Assembly (NCBI RefSeq): GCF_000981445.1
Contig: NC_027218.1
Location: forward strand, 1,240,001 to 1,304,000
Direction: 5' to 3'
Source: Babesia bigemina
Taxonomy: Eukaryota
Length of the DNA: 64,000 nucleotides
In this document: one piece after another, positions 1 to 11,647 of the stretch
Layout: every line of letters begins with the position of its first letter
Position numbering within the stretch: position 1 is the stretch's first letter
Made by a program: the position numbers and the translations under genes
The notes under the pieces: model-generated
What the model was told of the DNA's origin: nothing
Databases searched by the model: none
Seen by the model: the letters and a program-made list of their open reading frames with translations, nothing else

Positions 1-2466
1 CTGGAACGGGCACTCCGCACGCTGCCAGAATGACTGCGACACTTCCGAAAAGGGGGCGCGCACGAGCTGCTGGATGACGCCGGTGTTGCGCTCGACCCAC
101 TCCACACGCTCAGAGAACGGCACCTTGTCCATACCATACAGGTTGCTCAGGTGTACCTTCAACCAGTAGAAACCGCGCTCACCCAGCGGCCGCTTCTCGG
201 CAAACTTCAGCAACGCACGGCACACGTCGTCCGCCATGTGGTTGAGGTGAGGCGATAGGGGGTACATCCGCCCCCTGAAGTCGATGTTCTGCGGGAAGTA
301 GATGCGCGGCTCCAGGAGGAAGTCTTCAGCCACGCGCAGCCTCCTCTCGAACAGCGAGCACTCGGACAGAGCATTCGCGCGCTCCATGGTGCTGACGGCA
401 GTTTCCGATTCGTCCTCGATGAGGGACTTGTCGGGCAGAAACGAACGCACGGGGAGCAACGTGTCCGTCGTCCACAGCGTCCGGAGCACCGTGAACACGT
501 CCCCGTTGACCTTCCAGGGGACGCGGCCGAAAGCGCTCACCACGTTTAGCACCCTCGAAAGGTCGTACACTCTGACGTCGAACGTGGGTCTGCTTTGCGT
601 GCGGATGAAGTAGTGCTTCAGAAGCGCAAGGCCCCCAGAGGACACCGACGTCCACGGCTTGGGCTCGCAGACCATGGGCAGGCAGCTCAAATTCACCAAA
701 CCCCGGGCCACCGCATCTCTCAGGTGGATCATGCAACACTCCCGCATTTCCAAAACGCCATAGACCTTCACGCCATGACGGTGGACCTTGTGCGCGAAAG
801 CGGCGATCTCCACCTTGCCGGCGTCGAACCGCGACTGGCGGATGCGGCTGATGGCCTTGTTCAGCCACTTGCGCTTCTTTTTGGCTATGGCAGTGTGATC
901 CGATTCTGCGTTGTGGACGTCCGGGAGCAGCATCGACGTGTCGAGTTCGGCGAACGAGTTCGTCTGCCGCAGAGCAGTGGTCAAATCCACCTGGACGTAG
1001 CACGACTGCACGAGCGCGTGCAACAGGTAGCCTCCAACCGCCGCACTTTGTTTGCTGTTCCACTGCTTCTGGTCGTCGGTCAGGGTGCCGTCGCTGTGCA
1101 GCTGGGGAGTTGGCTCCATCACACCGGTCGCGGTATTGGACATGACACGCGCCTTCGATGCCCCTGAAAATGCCGATGCCGTAAGTGAGCTCAGACTCGC
1201 CGTTAACAATTTAGGGATGTCGAAAACGGTGCCGACGCCACGGCTTAAACCTCCCGTGGTAGCGTCGGAGGTGCTGGAGTGGGTGGTAACTGCAGTCTCG
1301 GGACTCCGGGGGACATCGAATTTGGGTTCCGATTTGGCATGCGCTTCAGGCGGCTTACTAGATGCCAGTTTTCGCGCATACATACGGCCTATTTCGTCGC
1401 CCAGGCGAATCGCCGCATGAGCCAGAAGCACCTGGTTCCCAGCGGTCTGTTGGGGCCGACGACGCAACAGACCGCCCCTTTGCCCTTTGGAGTTATACGC
1501 ATATGCCGGGAAACACATCAGCTGGAGCGCGATGTTCACAGTAGCCCTCGCCAGCGTCTGGTCGTCTAGGTTCGACGGCAGCACCGAGTCGGTCAGCTTG
1601 AGCCTGTCCAGCTTTATGAACTCCGCTATGTCCTGCACCCACTGCTCGCACGTTTGGCTGAGAGCGGGCAGTTGCGATGGTTTCTCCAGCTCCATGAGGC
1701 TCGAAGCCTCCACACGGGCCGTTTCCAAAGCCTCGGCAAAACTTTGCCGTTCGATCAGAACCTGCCGCTTGTAGTTCACGTAGTTTGGACCAACGCAATC
1801 CACCCTAGCATCCTCACCCTCCGCAGCGCACTCCATCTTATCGCACGTATCCGCAGGTTGCTCCTTGGTGCCATTTAGCGCATTCTCAAGGGGCTCCACT
1901 GCCCGGTCAACGGGAGGGCGCTTGAGCAGCGGGAGGTGCTGGTGCCGATAGAGGGCCGCCTTTTGTGCCTCGATGAACTTGGGCGAAAACAGGTCCCTGA
2001 GGCACGAAGCACTGCGTACGTGCTCCTGCAGGTCATGCGGCGGCACATCGCAGAGCAGCAGCCCGTGCAACGAGGCGAACCTCTCTGCGTTGCGGAGTAG
2101 GTCAACGGTGGAGGGGTCGACATCTCGCATGTAACTCTGCCTGTTGGTCCTCAGCCAGCACACAATACTGGGTGTATGCGAGTCAAACGCCGCCTGGACG
2201 CGTCGAAGCAGTTCAGCCTGGTCCCTACATGACCTGTCTGCGATATGCAGCAGCTCAGCCGGAGCTGCGTCATCGGGTGCCGAAGCCGTATTCAGGCACC
2301 GTCTGGTGGAGAATACCGAACAAAGGCTCGATGAGTCCCTCTTAACGGCCGTTTGCTCCTGTCTTCCATCCGATAAAGGGGTGTACCGTCTCACGGATAC
2401 GCCGTGGAGGAAGCGGCCGAGATTCGCCTCCAGCCATACCGAATACAGCCTGCCAGGCGGAGCCAT
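1..2466 (-). CDS. Mitochondrial phage-type (T3/T7-like) DNA-directed RNA polymerase, 3' end outside window
   Basis: Minus frame read by hand from ATG 2466 (MAPPGRLYSVWLEANLGRFLHG..., transit-peptide-like) to the window edge; contains YFPQNIDFRGRMYPLSPHLNHMADDVCRALLKFAEKRPLGERGFYWLKVHLSNLYGMDK, the hallmark block of RPO41/POLRMT-type polymerases. Absent from the ORF track, presumably because no stop lies in the window. Confidence 0.93.
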   Translation of the reverse strand, partial: MAPPGRLYSVWLEANLGRFLHGVSVRRYTPLSDGRQEQTAVKRDSSSLCSVFSTRRCLNTASAPDDAAPAELLHIADRSCRDQAELLRRVQAAFDSHTPSIVCWLRTNRQSYMRDVDPSTVDLLRNAERFASLHGLLLCDVPPHDLQEHVRSASCLRDLFSPKFIEAQKAALYRHQHLPLLKRPPVDRAVEPLENALNGTKEQPADTCDKMECAAEGEDARVDCVGPNYVNYKRQVLIERQSFAEALETARVEASSLMELEKPSQLPALSQTCEQWVQDIAEFIKLDRLKLTDSVLPSNLDDQTLARATVNIALQLMCFPAYAYNSKGQRGGLLRRRPQQTAGNQVLLAHAAIRLGDEIGRMYARKLASSKPPEAHAKSEPKFDVPRSPETAVTTHSSTSDATTGGLSRGVGTVFDIPKLLTASLSSLTASAFSGASKARVMSNTATGVMEPTPQLHSDGTLTDDQKQWNSKQSAAVGGYLLHALVQSCYVQVDLTTALRQTNSFAELDTSMLLPDVHNAESDHTAIAKKKRKWLNKAISRIRQSRFDAGKVEIAAFAHKVHRHGVKVYGVLEMRECCMIHLRDAVARGLVNLSCLPMVCEPKPWTSVSSGGLALLKHYFIRTQSRPTFDVRVYDLSRVLNVVSAFGRVPWKVNGDVFTVLRTLWTTDTLLPVRSFLPDKSLIEDESETAVSTMERANALSECSLFERRLRVAEDFLLEPRIYFPQNIDFRGRMYPLSPHLNHMADDVCRALLKFAEKRPLGERGFYWLKVHLSNLYGMDKVPFSERVEWVERNTGVIQQLVRAPFSEVSQSFWQRAECPFQ

Positions 2467-2621
2467 CTTCCGTTAGATGGTCTTGCACGCTCGAGTCTTC
2501 CACATTGTTGCAACGGGGCGTTGCCTAGTGGGCGCAGAGGCGCCGTAGATGGCGTTGCTACGCCCCCATCGGGTTACACATCGGCATCTGCGCGCCTACT
2601 CGGCCATTCATTGTGGTCCGG

Positions 2622-4772
2622 ATGAAGGTTACAGGCGCCATACGCAGGTCGAGGCTATTGAGGGCTCCCTCAATCGCCAGGACCTACTGCGAAAAGAGCT
2701 TCGGCGGTCTTGCGGCCACCGGGTCGGCGGCGAGAATCGGCGCGAATGGCGCCGCTAATTCCGCGCTCTGCCGCCACAGTGGCGCCATCCGCTCCTATGT
2801 AAATTTAGGCCGGGATTGGACGCCAGTGCGCAACCAGTACACGAAGTATCGTATCACAAAGCCGTGGACTGCAGACAGCACCTACGACGACATCTTCCTC
2901 GCGCAGCCCTCCCGGGAGGACCTCTACGCGTTTTCCAAGGAGCTGCCCGTCTTCCTCAAGTTCCTGAAGCTGCTCACGAAGGCGCAGAACCGCAAAGAGG
3001 CGTTCGTGGAGTTTGCGAAGCGGTAGGTTATCCCTCTACGCGCTGGGTGGTGTGTGATCTATGCGTGGATATAAAGCGTCTGTCAAGTGGTGTACCATTA
3101 GATATCGATCGTTGTGTGTATTCGCATATACCTATCGCATTGTACGGGTTGTTGCGTTGTCATTGTTAAAGGGGTGTTGGCCGTTCAGCATTTCTAGCGC
3201 TGCTCCAGATGACTGCATTATTCTCCATGTAGTGCCACAATGTTACCTGAAGTTCTGTGCGATGCCATTTGTTGTCATATCCATGTATTAAGCGTGGATG
3301 GGCACCCATTACCCGCTTTTATCTGTGCTGTTACTGCATGCCGTGATTTGGATGCTTGCAACTCCACATCGCTGTGCAGGTGCGAGAATGGACTTGTTGT
3401 CGAAAAGGACGTGTACGTTACCAAGGCTGAGCTTCTGGACTGCATGTGGCGCAATGGCTACTCGGAGGGCGAGATCGATGCCATCAAGTTGGGGTTCCCC
3501 GATGACTACCGCTTCCACTACCCCGAGCTGGCCGTGACCTTCGACCTCACGGAGGAGGATTGCTACGCCTACTGCATGAGGCAAAGGGCTGCTAACCCTG
3601 AGGAGCTCATAGAGCTGAAACTGAAAAAGCCGCAAAACCTCATCTCGAGCTATGGTCTCATCTTTCTGGGATGCTGGTTCGGGTTGAGCAACGCGGTGTT
3701 GGGAAACGCCTGGTTCTTCGCGAAGACGCTGCCATTCGGAGCTGTTTTCTACATGCTGGCGGCATACTTCCAGTAGGTGCTCACCTGACGCTCCTCATGT
3801 GTTCCAGGAAAACGCTGAAGGAAATGGCCTGGAAGGAAGAAAACGCCCTCATAGACAAGGCGAAGGAGGAGAAGGAATACTGTGAAAACGCGATCTACAG
3901 CCAACTGACCAGTTAGTTTATGCCAGCCCAGCAACTGACCCTCGGCCAGAATACATGGACACCTCGAGGTGCGCGGACTACGTCGACAAATTCAAGGAAG
4001 AGGTTGCCAACCGCATGAAGGAGTACAGAATCGCGCTCCTACAGCACATGAAGAGCGAGTCTGCGCGCGTCATGAACGAACGGCTGCAGAGCATGCTCTT
4101 GCAGGAGAACGCCATGGCCCGCTCGGTGCAGCGGATCATGGTCGACGAGCTCATGGCAGTTTTCCGCGAGACTTTCGCCAAGAACTCCAGGCTTCAGGAC
4201 GCTGCAATCAACGCCGCCATCGCCGAAGTTGCGAGTGAAACTGTAAAACGTGACCCGGTTTCCACCTTCTTCAACGACGGACTGGCGTCCTTCCGCAGCG
4301 TATGTTACGCACTGGCAATGTTCATTTCGCGCTCAGGACAAGCCGTCCGAGATTGTGAAGCGTTGCACCGCCGCATTCGAGGCGCGCGAGAAGGAGTTTT
4401 TGGACGCGTTCAGCATCGGAGAAGCCGAGGCCGCGGAGGTCGGCGCCCTGGCCAAGCAGTGCCAGGACGGCAACGGCATGGACCTCACGCGCCTCTCCGA
4501 GGAGCAGCTGCAGCGCGCGCAAAAGCTATTCGACACATTCAACCACAGGTACGCGATAAGTAGTGCTTCTCAAATGATTCAGATTTGGTTACTACGTGCC
4601 CCGCGTCCCAGGCACCGTGGGTGCCATGGCGAAGGAGGGTGAGGCCTTCATCGACGAGGTCAACAAGGAGGTGGGTGTGTATGTTACAACGCTACATCTT
4701 GCGCAGGTGAGCCAGTGCGCCCAGGAAGTCGCTCGAGCGCGTCTCGGAGCGTTTTTGCGCGCATTCGCCTAG
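2622..4772 (+). CDS. Probable mitochondrial ATP synthase Fo subunit b-like protein (apicomplexan ICAP2-type), 7 exons
   Basis: GT-AG introns at about 3023-3379, 3773-3807, 3912-3949, 4300-4336, 4549-4582 and 4671-4706 join the ORF pieces in frame. Arg/Ser/Ala-rich presequence, then a hydrophobic hairpin (YGLIFLGCWFGLSNAVLGNAWFFAKTLPFGAVFYMLAAYF), then a long helical stalk. Family call is from recalled similarity only. Confidence 0.7.
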
Positions 4773-4780
4773 GCCGGGCA

Positions 4781-5365
4781 TCAACCCGAGCTCACTCGGC
4801 GGAAGTTGATAAGGCGCGAAAAAACCATGTGCAAGCATATAAACGTTGCAACGTATAGCACAAACAGTGGGAACCTCCTGAACGAGTCCGCGAGCTTAAA
4901 TTTGTAGCACCACAGCGTCGCCACAACCATAATCCATGCGGACGTGCTCCATTTCCACAGGTCCCTCTTCGGGGCTGTACACTGTTTGGGCGACAGCATG
5001 CCGCAAACACACCTGATTCCGCCTCCGGTTCAAGAGTGTCCGGCTTGGTGATGAACACCGTCAGAACCAGCTTCTCGCCGGCCTTGTAGCCGCGCAGCCC
5101 GCTGGGGACAGTGTCATCGGAGAGCGGACGTCCACCGTGGATGATACGGATCTTGTGGTCTGAAACTGTACGCAAAACGGAACACTGGGCCTACGGTTGG
5201 TGATGTCCTCCGCGAACAGACGCTCCTTGACCGAGGAGATGGGCTCCTGGTGGTCGAGCTCGACCTCTGCGAACGTTTGGAAGCTGGCAGCAGCGAAAGC
5301 TCACCCTCGACCGACTGGTCACTGTCAAACCTGTTTATCAAAAGCCTCGTTGTAACATTAGTCAT
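4781..5365 (-). CDS. Ubiquitin-like-domain protein with C-terminal transmembrane segments, multi-exon
   Basis: ATG 5365; exon pieces VELDHQEPISSVKERLFAEDIT and KIRIIHGGRPLSDD (UBL signature), followed by two hydrophobic segments before the stop at 4781. Exon boundaries approximate. Confidence 0.6.
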
Positions 5366-5387
5366 AATGGCGCATAGTTGTACGAAG

Positions 5388-6702
5388 TCACGCTGACGCG
5401 CGCTGACCGCCGTTGGCAATGACGGATCGGATGTGGAAGCAGATAGATGCTAGCTGAAAGTATTGCAGACCGCCTGTAGGATAGTTAAAAAAATGTGAGA
5501 CACACCGACCTTGCAGAAGCGCAAAATCCCTGCCCGACAACTCGATTGTGATCATGGCCTTTTGGACATCGCTCAATGTCTCGCAGTTCACGACGTATTC
5601 GGCGAGCTGCGGTAGACTGTTATTTCACAAAAATGCAGCCGCACCTGTTGGAAGATGGCAGCTATTTCCCAGCCGTCGTGGACTATCTGCTTGCAGATGG
5701 CCTCCACCTGCGAGCGGTGAGGCACGCGTACACCGCACAAACCTCGTTAGTCGGCGCCATACACGCGGTGAAGATGTCTTCTACGATGTGGCGGGGCGGG
5801 TAGCCGGACACATTGCGAACGGCGTCCTCCGTGACCTTGCTGTAGAGGCTAGCCGTTGACTGGACGCCGATGAAACCGTGCGTGCCGCACACCTATCTCA
5901 CCTGAAGCAGTGTTACACTGCGACGCATATCACCCTGCGATACGCGCGTGAGGAAGTCCAGCGCCGCGTCGTCGCACTCCAGCTGCTCAGACTGGCAGAT
6001 GAACCTGAGCCGCTCCACTTGAGCTTCCTGTACGATGGGCTTGAAGTGGAAAGCCGAGCAACGGCTGTATATGGGCCCGATGATCTTGTGGAGGTAGTTG
6101 CATATCAATATGAACCGCGATATGTTCGAGAAGTTCTCGATAACACGCCTCAGCGCAGCCTGCGCATCCGGGGTGATCATGTCGGCTTCGTCCAAGATGA
6201 TAATCTTGAAGTTAGGCATCACCCTGCAGAACCATTAACAGGCAATTCCTCACCGCCCACCTCCCGGTCTCTGGGTTAATGCGATTGTTTGAAATGTTCA
6301 GACGGGTGTAGGTCTTAATACGCTCCCGAACAACGCTGATGCCTGAGCCACATCTATCTACAGCAGACAGCCAAACACGCACCGCGCTCGTCCGACGCGT
6401 TCAGCTCCAGAACGCGCTCTTTCATCCCTTCGACGCTGAGCCACTGTCAACGTCACTGGGCGTTTGGCCTACCCGTAGATCTGACGCGCCATGGCCAGTG
6501 CAGCCGATGTCTTCCCCGTTCCAGGAGGGCCATGGAAGATCATGTGTGGCATCTATAGCTCCATGAGACCGCAAGTGCGGCAACAACTCACGTTGAAGGT
6601 CTCGACGATCTGCTGCATAGTCGCCACGGCATGGGTCTGGAAGACAACGTCCGCCAGCTTCGCTGGACGGTACTTCTCAACCCAGGGCGCGTTTTTCTTC
6701 AT
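5388..6702 (-). CDS. Replication factor C small subunit (yeast Rfc2/human RFC4 type), multi-exon
   Basis: MKKNAPWVEKYRP, Walker A HGPPGTGKT, VLELNASDERG, FKIIILDEADM..DAQAALRR and SRC motifs across short introns. Confidence 0.93.
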
Positions 6703-6813
6703 TTTATTGAAAATTGGCGGGAAATTGCAACACCGCGGTGTGCGTCAGAAAACCTGCGGCACAATGTGTGGAAGGCGCACAATCGACGTCGTTCACCCCG
6801 CAGTCAGTCTGCG

Positions 6814-7577
6814 ATGTGGTCGCTTATGCTACATTTAGTTATATACGCGGTCTGTGCGGAGAATGTAAAGGACGAATTCCGTCGCTGCTCGCAGTTGAGC
6901 CCTCGTTCCCTGGGCATCGGACAGCACTGTCTGGCGGTATGTGTAGCCTGGGCGACCATTTACGCCCTTATTGCGACAGTAAACACAGATTTGCAGACAT
7001 GTGAAGGGGTATGCAATCAAAGGGTGGCCATTCCCGGCACTATACGTTGGTTTGATGCGCGTGAATGTATACCAATGCTGCAGTGATGCGCGTGGATGAC
7101 GTCGGTCCAATCCGCAGCGGTAAGCCGTATAACAGGGTTGCTTAACGTTCGCAGACTGCGGAAACGGAAAGCAACGGTATATGTGCATAAGTACTCCGGC
7201 CACCCCGCACGGTTTGTTAAAACAATACTGCAAGGAAACCGACTACAGGCTACCCGCTGTGTACCCTGCTCGACCCGGACTACTACAAGGACCCCTCTGC
7301 AGCCTGCTGGTACGTCACAGCTATGGCACATAGCACATCATCTCAGGACGGAATGCCTCCAGCGTAAATGCCCGGAGGGCATGGTTCCAAAGGACAGCCA
7401 CCGCACAAACTTCGGTACGTTAGCACACGCCTCTACCCTGATGTCGCATTCTGAACCGACTCAGCCAGCACATCACGCTCAATACGGCTTCCACTGCCAC
7501 GATGTATTCGTCTTATGATTTTCAACATTGACGCAGGTTGTTTCGATAGCAACTCGAGGGTACTGTGCGTACCGTGA
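6814..7577 (+). CDS. Hypothetical cysteine-rich, probably secreted small protein with micro-exons (3' end uncertain)
   Basis: Four 35-38 nt GT-AG introns (7046-7083, 7120-7154, 7212-7248, 7310-7346) splice in frame to give ...TCEGVCNQRVAIPGTILMRVDDVGPIRSDCGNGKQRYMCISTPATPHGYPLCTLLDPDYYKDPSAACWTECLQRKCPEG...; hydrophobic N-terminus. Confidence 0.55.
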
Positions 7578-7579
7578 TC

Positions 7580-8057
7580 TCAGTTGTCCTTGCTCTGGGG
7601 CATGTTGATCCTCATGTGTGAGCTCCTGGGCTGCACGTAGGTCCTGATCTTGCGAGCCTCAGCGGACCTCACGCGCACCACGCGGGAGTGGATTGCACAT
7701 GACACGCAGTAGCACTGCTTGATGTACAACTTGGGCAGGTTGAAAGCTGCAGGGCCATTAGCCGGACATATCAACAGCAATCGCATTAATTAAGTCACTA
7801 ACACACACAACACACACGTACTAAACGACAGCGGGTGGAACTTCGGCGTCAGCGCCGCGCGGATATGAAAACTTACTGGAGAAGGCGCAAGCCTCCTTGA
7901 TGTCACGCTGGGAGCTGGCGTCCACGATGTTACGGACGTTGAAACGCTTGATGGCCTTGTCCTTCGGCACGGAGCGGCCGCAGTTGCTGCAGCGGATGGG
8001 ACGTACGCGTCCTCGCGCGTGCTTGGAGCGGCCTCCGTTCCTGCGCTTGAAGGGCAT
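7580..8057 (-). CDS. RPS26: 40S ribosomal protein S26 (eS26), 2 exons
   Basis: [39 protein letters not shown]...[25 protein letters not shown]; intron about 7747-7876. Confidence 0.98.
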
Positions 8058-8259
8058 GGTGGCAGACAGATATGTTGCAGATCCAGAAACGCTGAGATGG
8101 CGATTATACAACCACCAAAATTGCAGTCCGATAATTGGATGCGCGGAATTGAGTGAGCGGAGCCGAGGAGACTCTGTGGGAACCGACAATCCGCGTCCCC
8201 CCACGGCGGTCGGAGGGCCGCTTACACCTCAACCAAACGAGGGTAAAACAGAGTACACA

Positions 8260-8919
8260 ATGGGTCGGGATACTGGCTATTTTAGAGCCAAGTATCAAAT
8301 TGGACAGACGATACGACCAGGTATGTGACCGGGCCTCAACGGTCCCGGCGACGCCCATCAACGACGCGCCGTACGCTCCCGCAACCAAATCACACATCGC
8401 GCTCGCAGAGCCACGAGCTGATACAGACTACCGGCATGAGCCTGCGGCGGAGGAGTTCTACTCCTCCGACCAGGACGACGCCGACGCGGAGTTCGTGCGC
8501 GACACATTCGGTGAGTGACCTCCTCGACTACAATTGGCTGACCCGCAGCCCAGGTCTCGAGGAGGGGTCTTCCGACGCCGTGCTTTGCTGCCCCGGGTGT
8601 TTCACCCCTATATGCTACAAGTGTCGGATGTAAGTGACCCCGGCGGCTGTCGGTGTCATGTGCCTGCAGAAACTCCTCCGGCAACTTCGAATCCAAAGAG
8701 GCGGTAAACGTGTCTGTGGCATCCGGTCCTGAGGATGGCGCTTGCACAGTCCATGAGATTTCCGCAGACAACCTGTTCAGTAACAAGCGCCGCGCTGACG
8801 ACGGAGCGCTGTCGGATGACGGTCACGTGGCGCGGTGCGATGAGTGTCGACATGTCGTTGCCTTTGTGGACGACAAAGGCACCTATCACTTCCGACGGGT
8901 CATCGCCAGTCCGCCGTGA
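8260..8919 (+). CDS. E2F-associated phosphoprotein (EAPP C-terminal domain)-like protein, multi-exon
   Basis: FYSSDQDDADAEFV, SDAVLCCPGCFTPICYKC and C-terminal CDECRHVVAFVDDKGTYHFRRVIAS follow the Eapp_C pattern; intron 8321-8408 joins ATG 8260 in frame. Confidence 0.75.
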
Positions 8920-9069
8920 GCGCGCGACCCCAGCCGTCGGGGTCGCGGCAGCCTGCACACTAATATCATACCACCCTAAAATGCAATAATTATGCATCGC
9001 GGCCGCGGTGTAAGCTGGCGCCGCAACCAGCGCCGTTAGCCAGTTGAGACAACCACCTCCGTAGGCGCG

Positions 9070-11529
9070 ATGGATCCCCCCGATTTGGCGGCGGCGCTAG
9101 ACTGCGCCGTACGCGACCTCGACCTTCTGGAGGAGTCGCTGTGCGACCTCGCCGTTGCGCTCGGAAGCTCCGCGGAGACACCGCAGGGTTCGCATCACCG
9201 GCACCTTCAGATGGGTGCCGGCATCATGGGCTTCCAGGGCAAAACAGGATCCCGGCGGCTGCGGCATTTCCGGAAGACATTCGCGCAAGTGGAAGTGCCT
9301 GCTCCGGCGTTCCTGAGGGTGCTGCACCTGCATCTGAAGCGGGGAGCTGCGCTACTGAAGAGATGTCCTGCCTACCTCGACCAGGATGCAAGCGCGCAGG
9401 CTGAGAACCGATCGAGCGATAATCGGCCGAAAGGTGAAAGGCCAATCGTCACATCTCTGGAGGACGTCAGCGGATTGCCGCGGGAGTCGCTGCTGGACAT
9501 AGTCGAAGGCCGCAATGTGCCAATCGGTGCCGGGCTGCTGGAGAGGCTGCCAGACAGCAGTCGATTCGCGTCACACAATGTCGAGCTGTTCTGCAGGTGT
9601 TACATGGACGCGGTGCTCGACCTCTATCACGGAGTGTTAAAACGCGTTAGCACGTTTGACATATTTGACTGCATAAGGCTGCGGTGCTTCTTCGTCAACA
9701 TGGAGCACATCCTTGCCAGCAACGGTGTGAGGCACACGCGGCTACGGAACGAGATCATCTGGATAGTGCTACAGCTGATGCGGTTTGCCTTGCAGGACGC
9801 GTGGTGGATACGCACTGACACCGAGTGGCTCAGAACCAAGTTGCCATTTGTCTGCCATGGGAAGGCGGAAGCGGCACCTGGTGAGGCAAGGCTGTATGAG
9901 CTCAGAGATGCACTCAATAGGGTGAGCACAGTTTCAGGACAGCATTGTACCTTGGATGTGCGTATATTCCGCGATATATCGCGACTGTTCGGCTTGCCAC
10001 AAGGGGCGGGCGACATGTGGGAGCAACTCATGGGTGGCGTGGAAGAACCGAGTGAACAACCGGATGACTACATAATGTTCAAGAAGGTTGTCGGGGAGTC
10101 GAAGAACACTTGGGTTGACGTTATAGTTGCTGCTATAGTGGCAGTTGCTAACACTGTTCTCTTCGAGTGTTTCGTGCGCCAAATTGAGGCGTTGCCTGCT
10201 CCGAATACCATTACAGGGGCAGCTTCACGTTTGGAGATGCTGAATGGGCTAGTGGAGCTGCTGCACGAGACGGACTTCGGCTACACAGCGTGGGCTGTTG
10301 ATTTGCTAGGGCCCCGTGCGGATCCCGGGCTGCTTACGGCGTTCCGAATACACGGTGAACTGTTGTTAAAAGGAGACAGCACACCAAACGGACCGCCACT
10401 GAAACGGTTGGATTGGGGAGAGGGGATACTCGTGTACGTAGGTACACTAAAACGCATCAACCACATATTCCACAAGGAGGTGGTCGCATTTGTAGACCGC
10501 ATAGCTGCGCCGGTGTTGGAAGTCATGGGAAAGCGGGGTGGAAAGAAGCTGTGGTGGGAATTGCTGTACTCGGAGGACAAGCTGCTTGTGGGACCCGGCG
10601 GCGAAGTAGGGGATGTTGTCAGGGGGTGTAACAAACGCATCCGCGACGCACTGTGCGCTGAACTGTTCGCCAGAATTATCGCAAAGTTTGGTCAAGCAGT
10701 TGCAAGTGGAATGTTCAACTCAGAACAAACCGTGTTTAACGCTCTCGCCCTGTGGGACAGCTTTTGCAGCCTCAACCTAGGCAAGGCGGACGTGCATAAC
10801 AACAATTACCACATCAACAAACTGTTTGAAATGGTAGAGAAAATCAAAATGGGCAATGTGGTTAGCCCTACGGAGCCCATGGAATGCTTAGATGACTTCT
10901 GGGCCCCGCTGCTATCTAGCGAACGCAGTGTCACCGGCAGAAGGTACCCACCCATAGACCTATCGCATTACATACACCGGGAGATGGAGGGGCGTGTAGG
11001 GCCAGACAATTATGTGTGGGTTGGAGGAACACTTCGCAAACGTCTGGCGATATTTGGAAATGTGTTGCTCATGTTCAGGGATGACTCTGCTCTCCAACCC
11101 ATTGGCATGGTTGACATGGCCGACGTTGTCGCCGTTAATTCCCTGGATGACGAGGATAACGCAGACAAGCAGCAGTACATGTCGGATACAGACGCTGATC
11201 TGTATAGTTGCGGTACTACGGACTCGGAGCCCTCGGAGGTGGAGAATGAGCATGCCAACTTCGACATGACAGTCTTACATTGGGGTTGGCGACTGCGTAT
11301 AAAAGTCGGCGGCAGCGATGCGCTGATGCAACGTGAAGTACAGTATATTGGTGTAGAACGATCACGAGTTATAGACCTGGAATTCATGGGACCAGAGCAT
11401 CGTGAGCGATGGCTGAGATCGCTGAAACTCATCCACACACATCAGGCCTATCGAAAGCCTCTGTGGTGGCCAATGCACTCGGCGTTCTTTACCGATAGGT
11501 ATCAAAATTTTTCATCACATGTAAAATAG
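9070..11529 (+). CDS. 819-aa hypothetical protein with probable C-terminal PH domain
   Basis: Long intronless ORF; C-terminal RKRLAIFGNVLLMFRDDSALQPIGMVDMADVVAV...EFMGPEHRERWLRSLK fits PH strands plus the terminal Trp helix. Confidence 0.7.
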   Translation: MDPPDLAAALDCAVRDLDLLEESLCDLAVALGSSAETPQGSHHRHLQMGAGIMGFQGKTGSRRLRHFRKTFAQVEVPAPAFLRVLHLHLKRGAALLKRCPAYLDQDASAQAENRSSDNRPKGERPIVTSLEDVSGLPRESLLDIVEGRNVPIGAGLLERLPDSSRFASHNVELFCRCYMDAVLDLYHGVLKRVSTFDIFDCIRLRCFFVNMEHILASNGVRHTRLRNEIIWIVLQLMRFALQDAWWIRTDTEWLRTKLPFVCHGKAEAAPGEARLYELRDALNRVSTVSGQHCTLDVRIFRDISRLFGLPQGAGDMWEQLMGGVEEPSEQPDDYIMFKKVVGESKNTWVDVIVAAIVAVANTVLFECFVRQIEALPAPNTITGAASRLEMLNGLVELLHETDFGYTAWAVDLLGPRADPGLLTAFRIHGELLLKGDSTPNGPPLKRLDWGEGILVYVGTLKRINHIFHKEVVAFVDRIAAPVLEVMGKRGGKKLWWELLYSEDKLLVGPGGEVGDVVRGCNKRIRDALCAELFARIIAKFGQAVASGMFNSEQTVFNALALWDSFCSLNLGKADVHNNNYHINKLFEMVEKIKMGNVVSPTEPMECLDDFWAPLLSSERSVTGRRYPPIDLSHYIHREMEGRVGPDNYVWVGGTLRKRLAIFGNVLLMFRDDSALQPIGMVDMADVVAVNSLDDEDNADKQQYMSDTDADLYSCGTTDSEPSEVENEHANFDMTVLHWGWRLRIKVGGSDALMQREVQYIGVERSRVIDLEFMGPEHRERWLRSLKLIHTHQAYRKPLWWPMHSAFFTDRYQNFSSHVK

Positions 11530-11647
11530 TTTTAAAGTTTTTTATATTCCATGATATAGTCAAAAGTGGCCTTCATCAGACACTTGAGATTTGAGTGATT
11601 TAGCCTGATCAGTTTTAGGCCTGCCAACGTAGTGTATGTCATGGCTT

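Noticed and set aside
1..2466. T7-like RNA polymerase as a phage or viral insertion
   Set aside because: Long N-terminal extension with a transit-like start, eukaryotic intron-containing neighbours and no other phage genes: ordinary nuclear-encoded mitochondrial polymerase.
302..2476. Many overlapping ORFs on alternative frames in GC-rich genes (also 9.1-11.4 kb, 34-41 kb)
   Set aside because: Shadow ORFs of real CDSs with no motifs.
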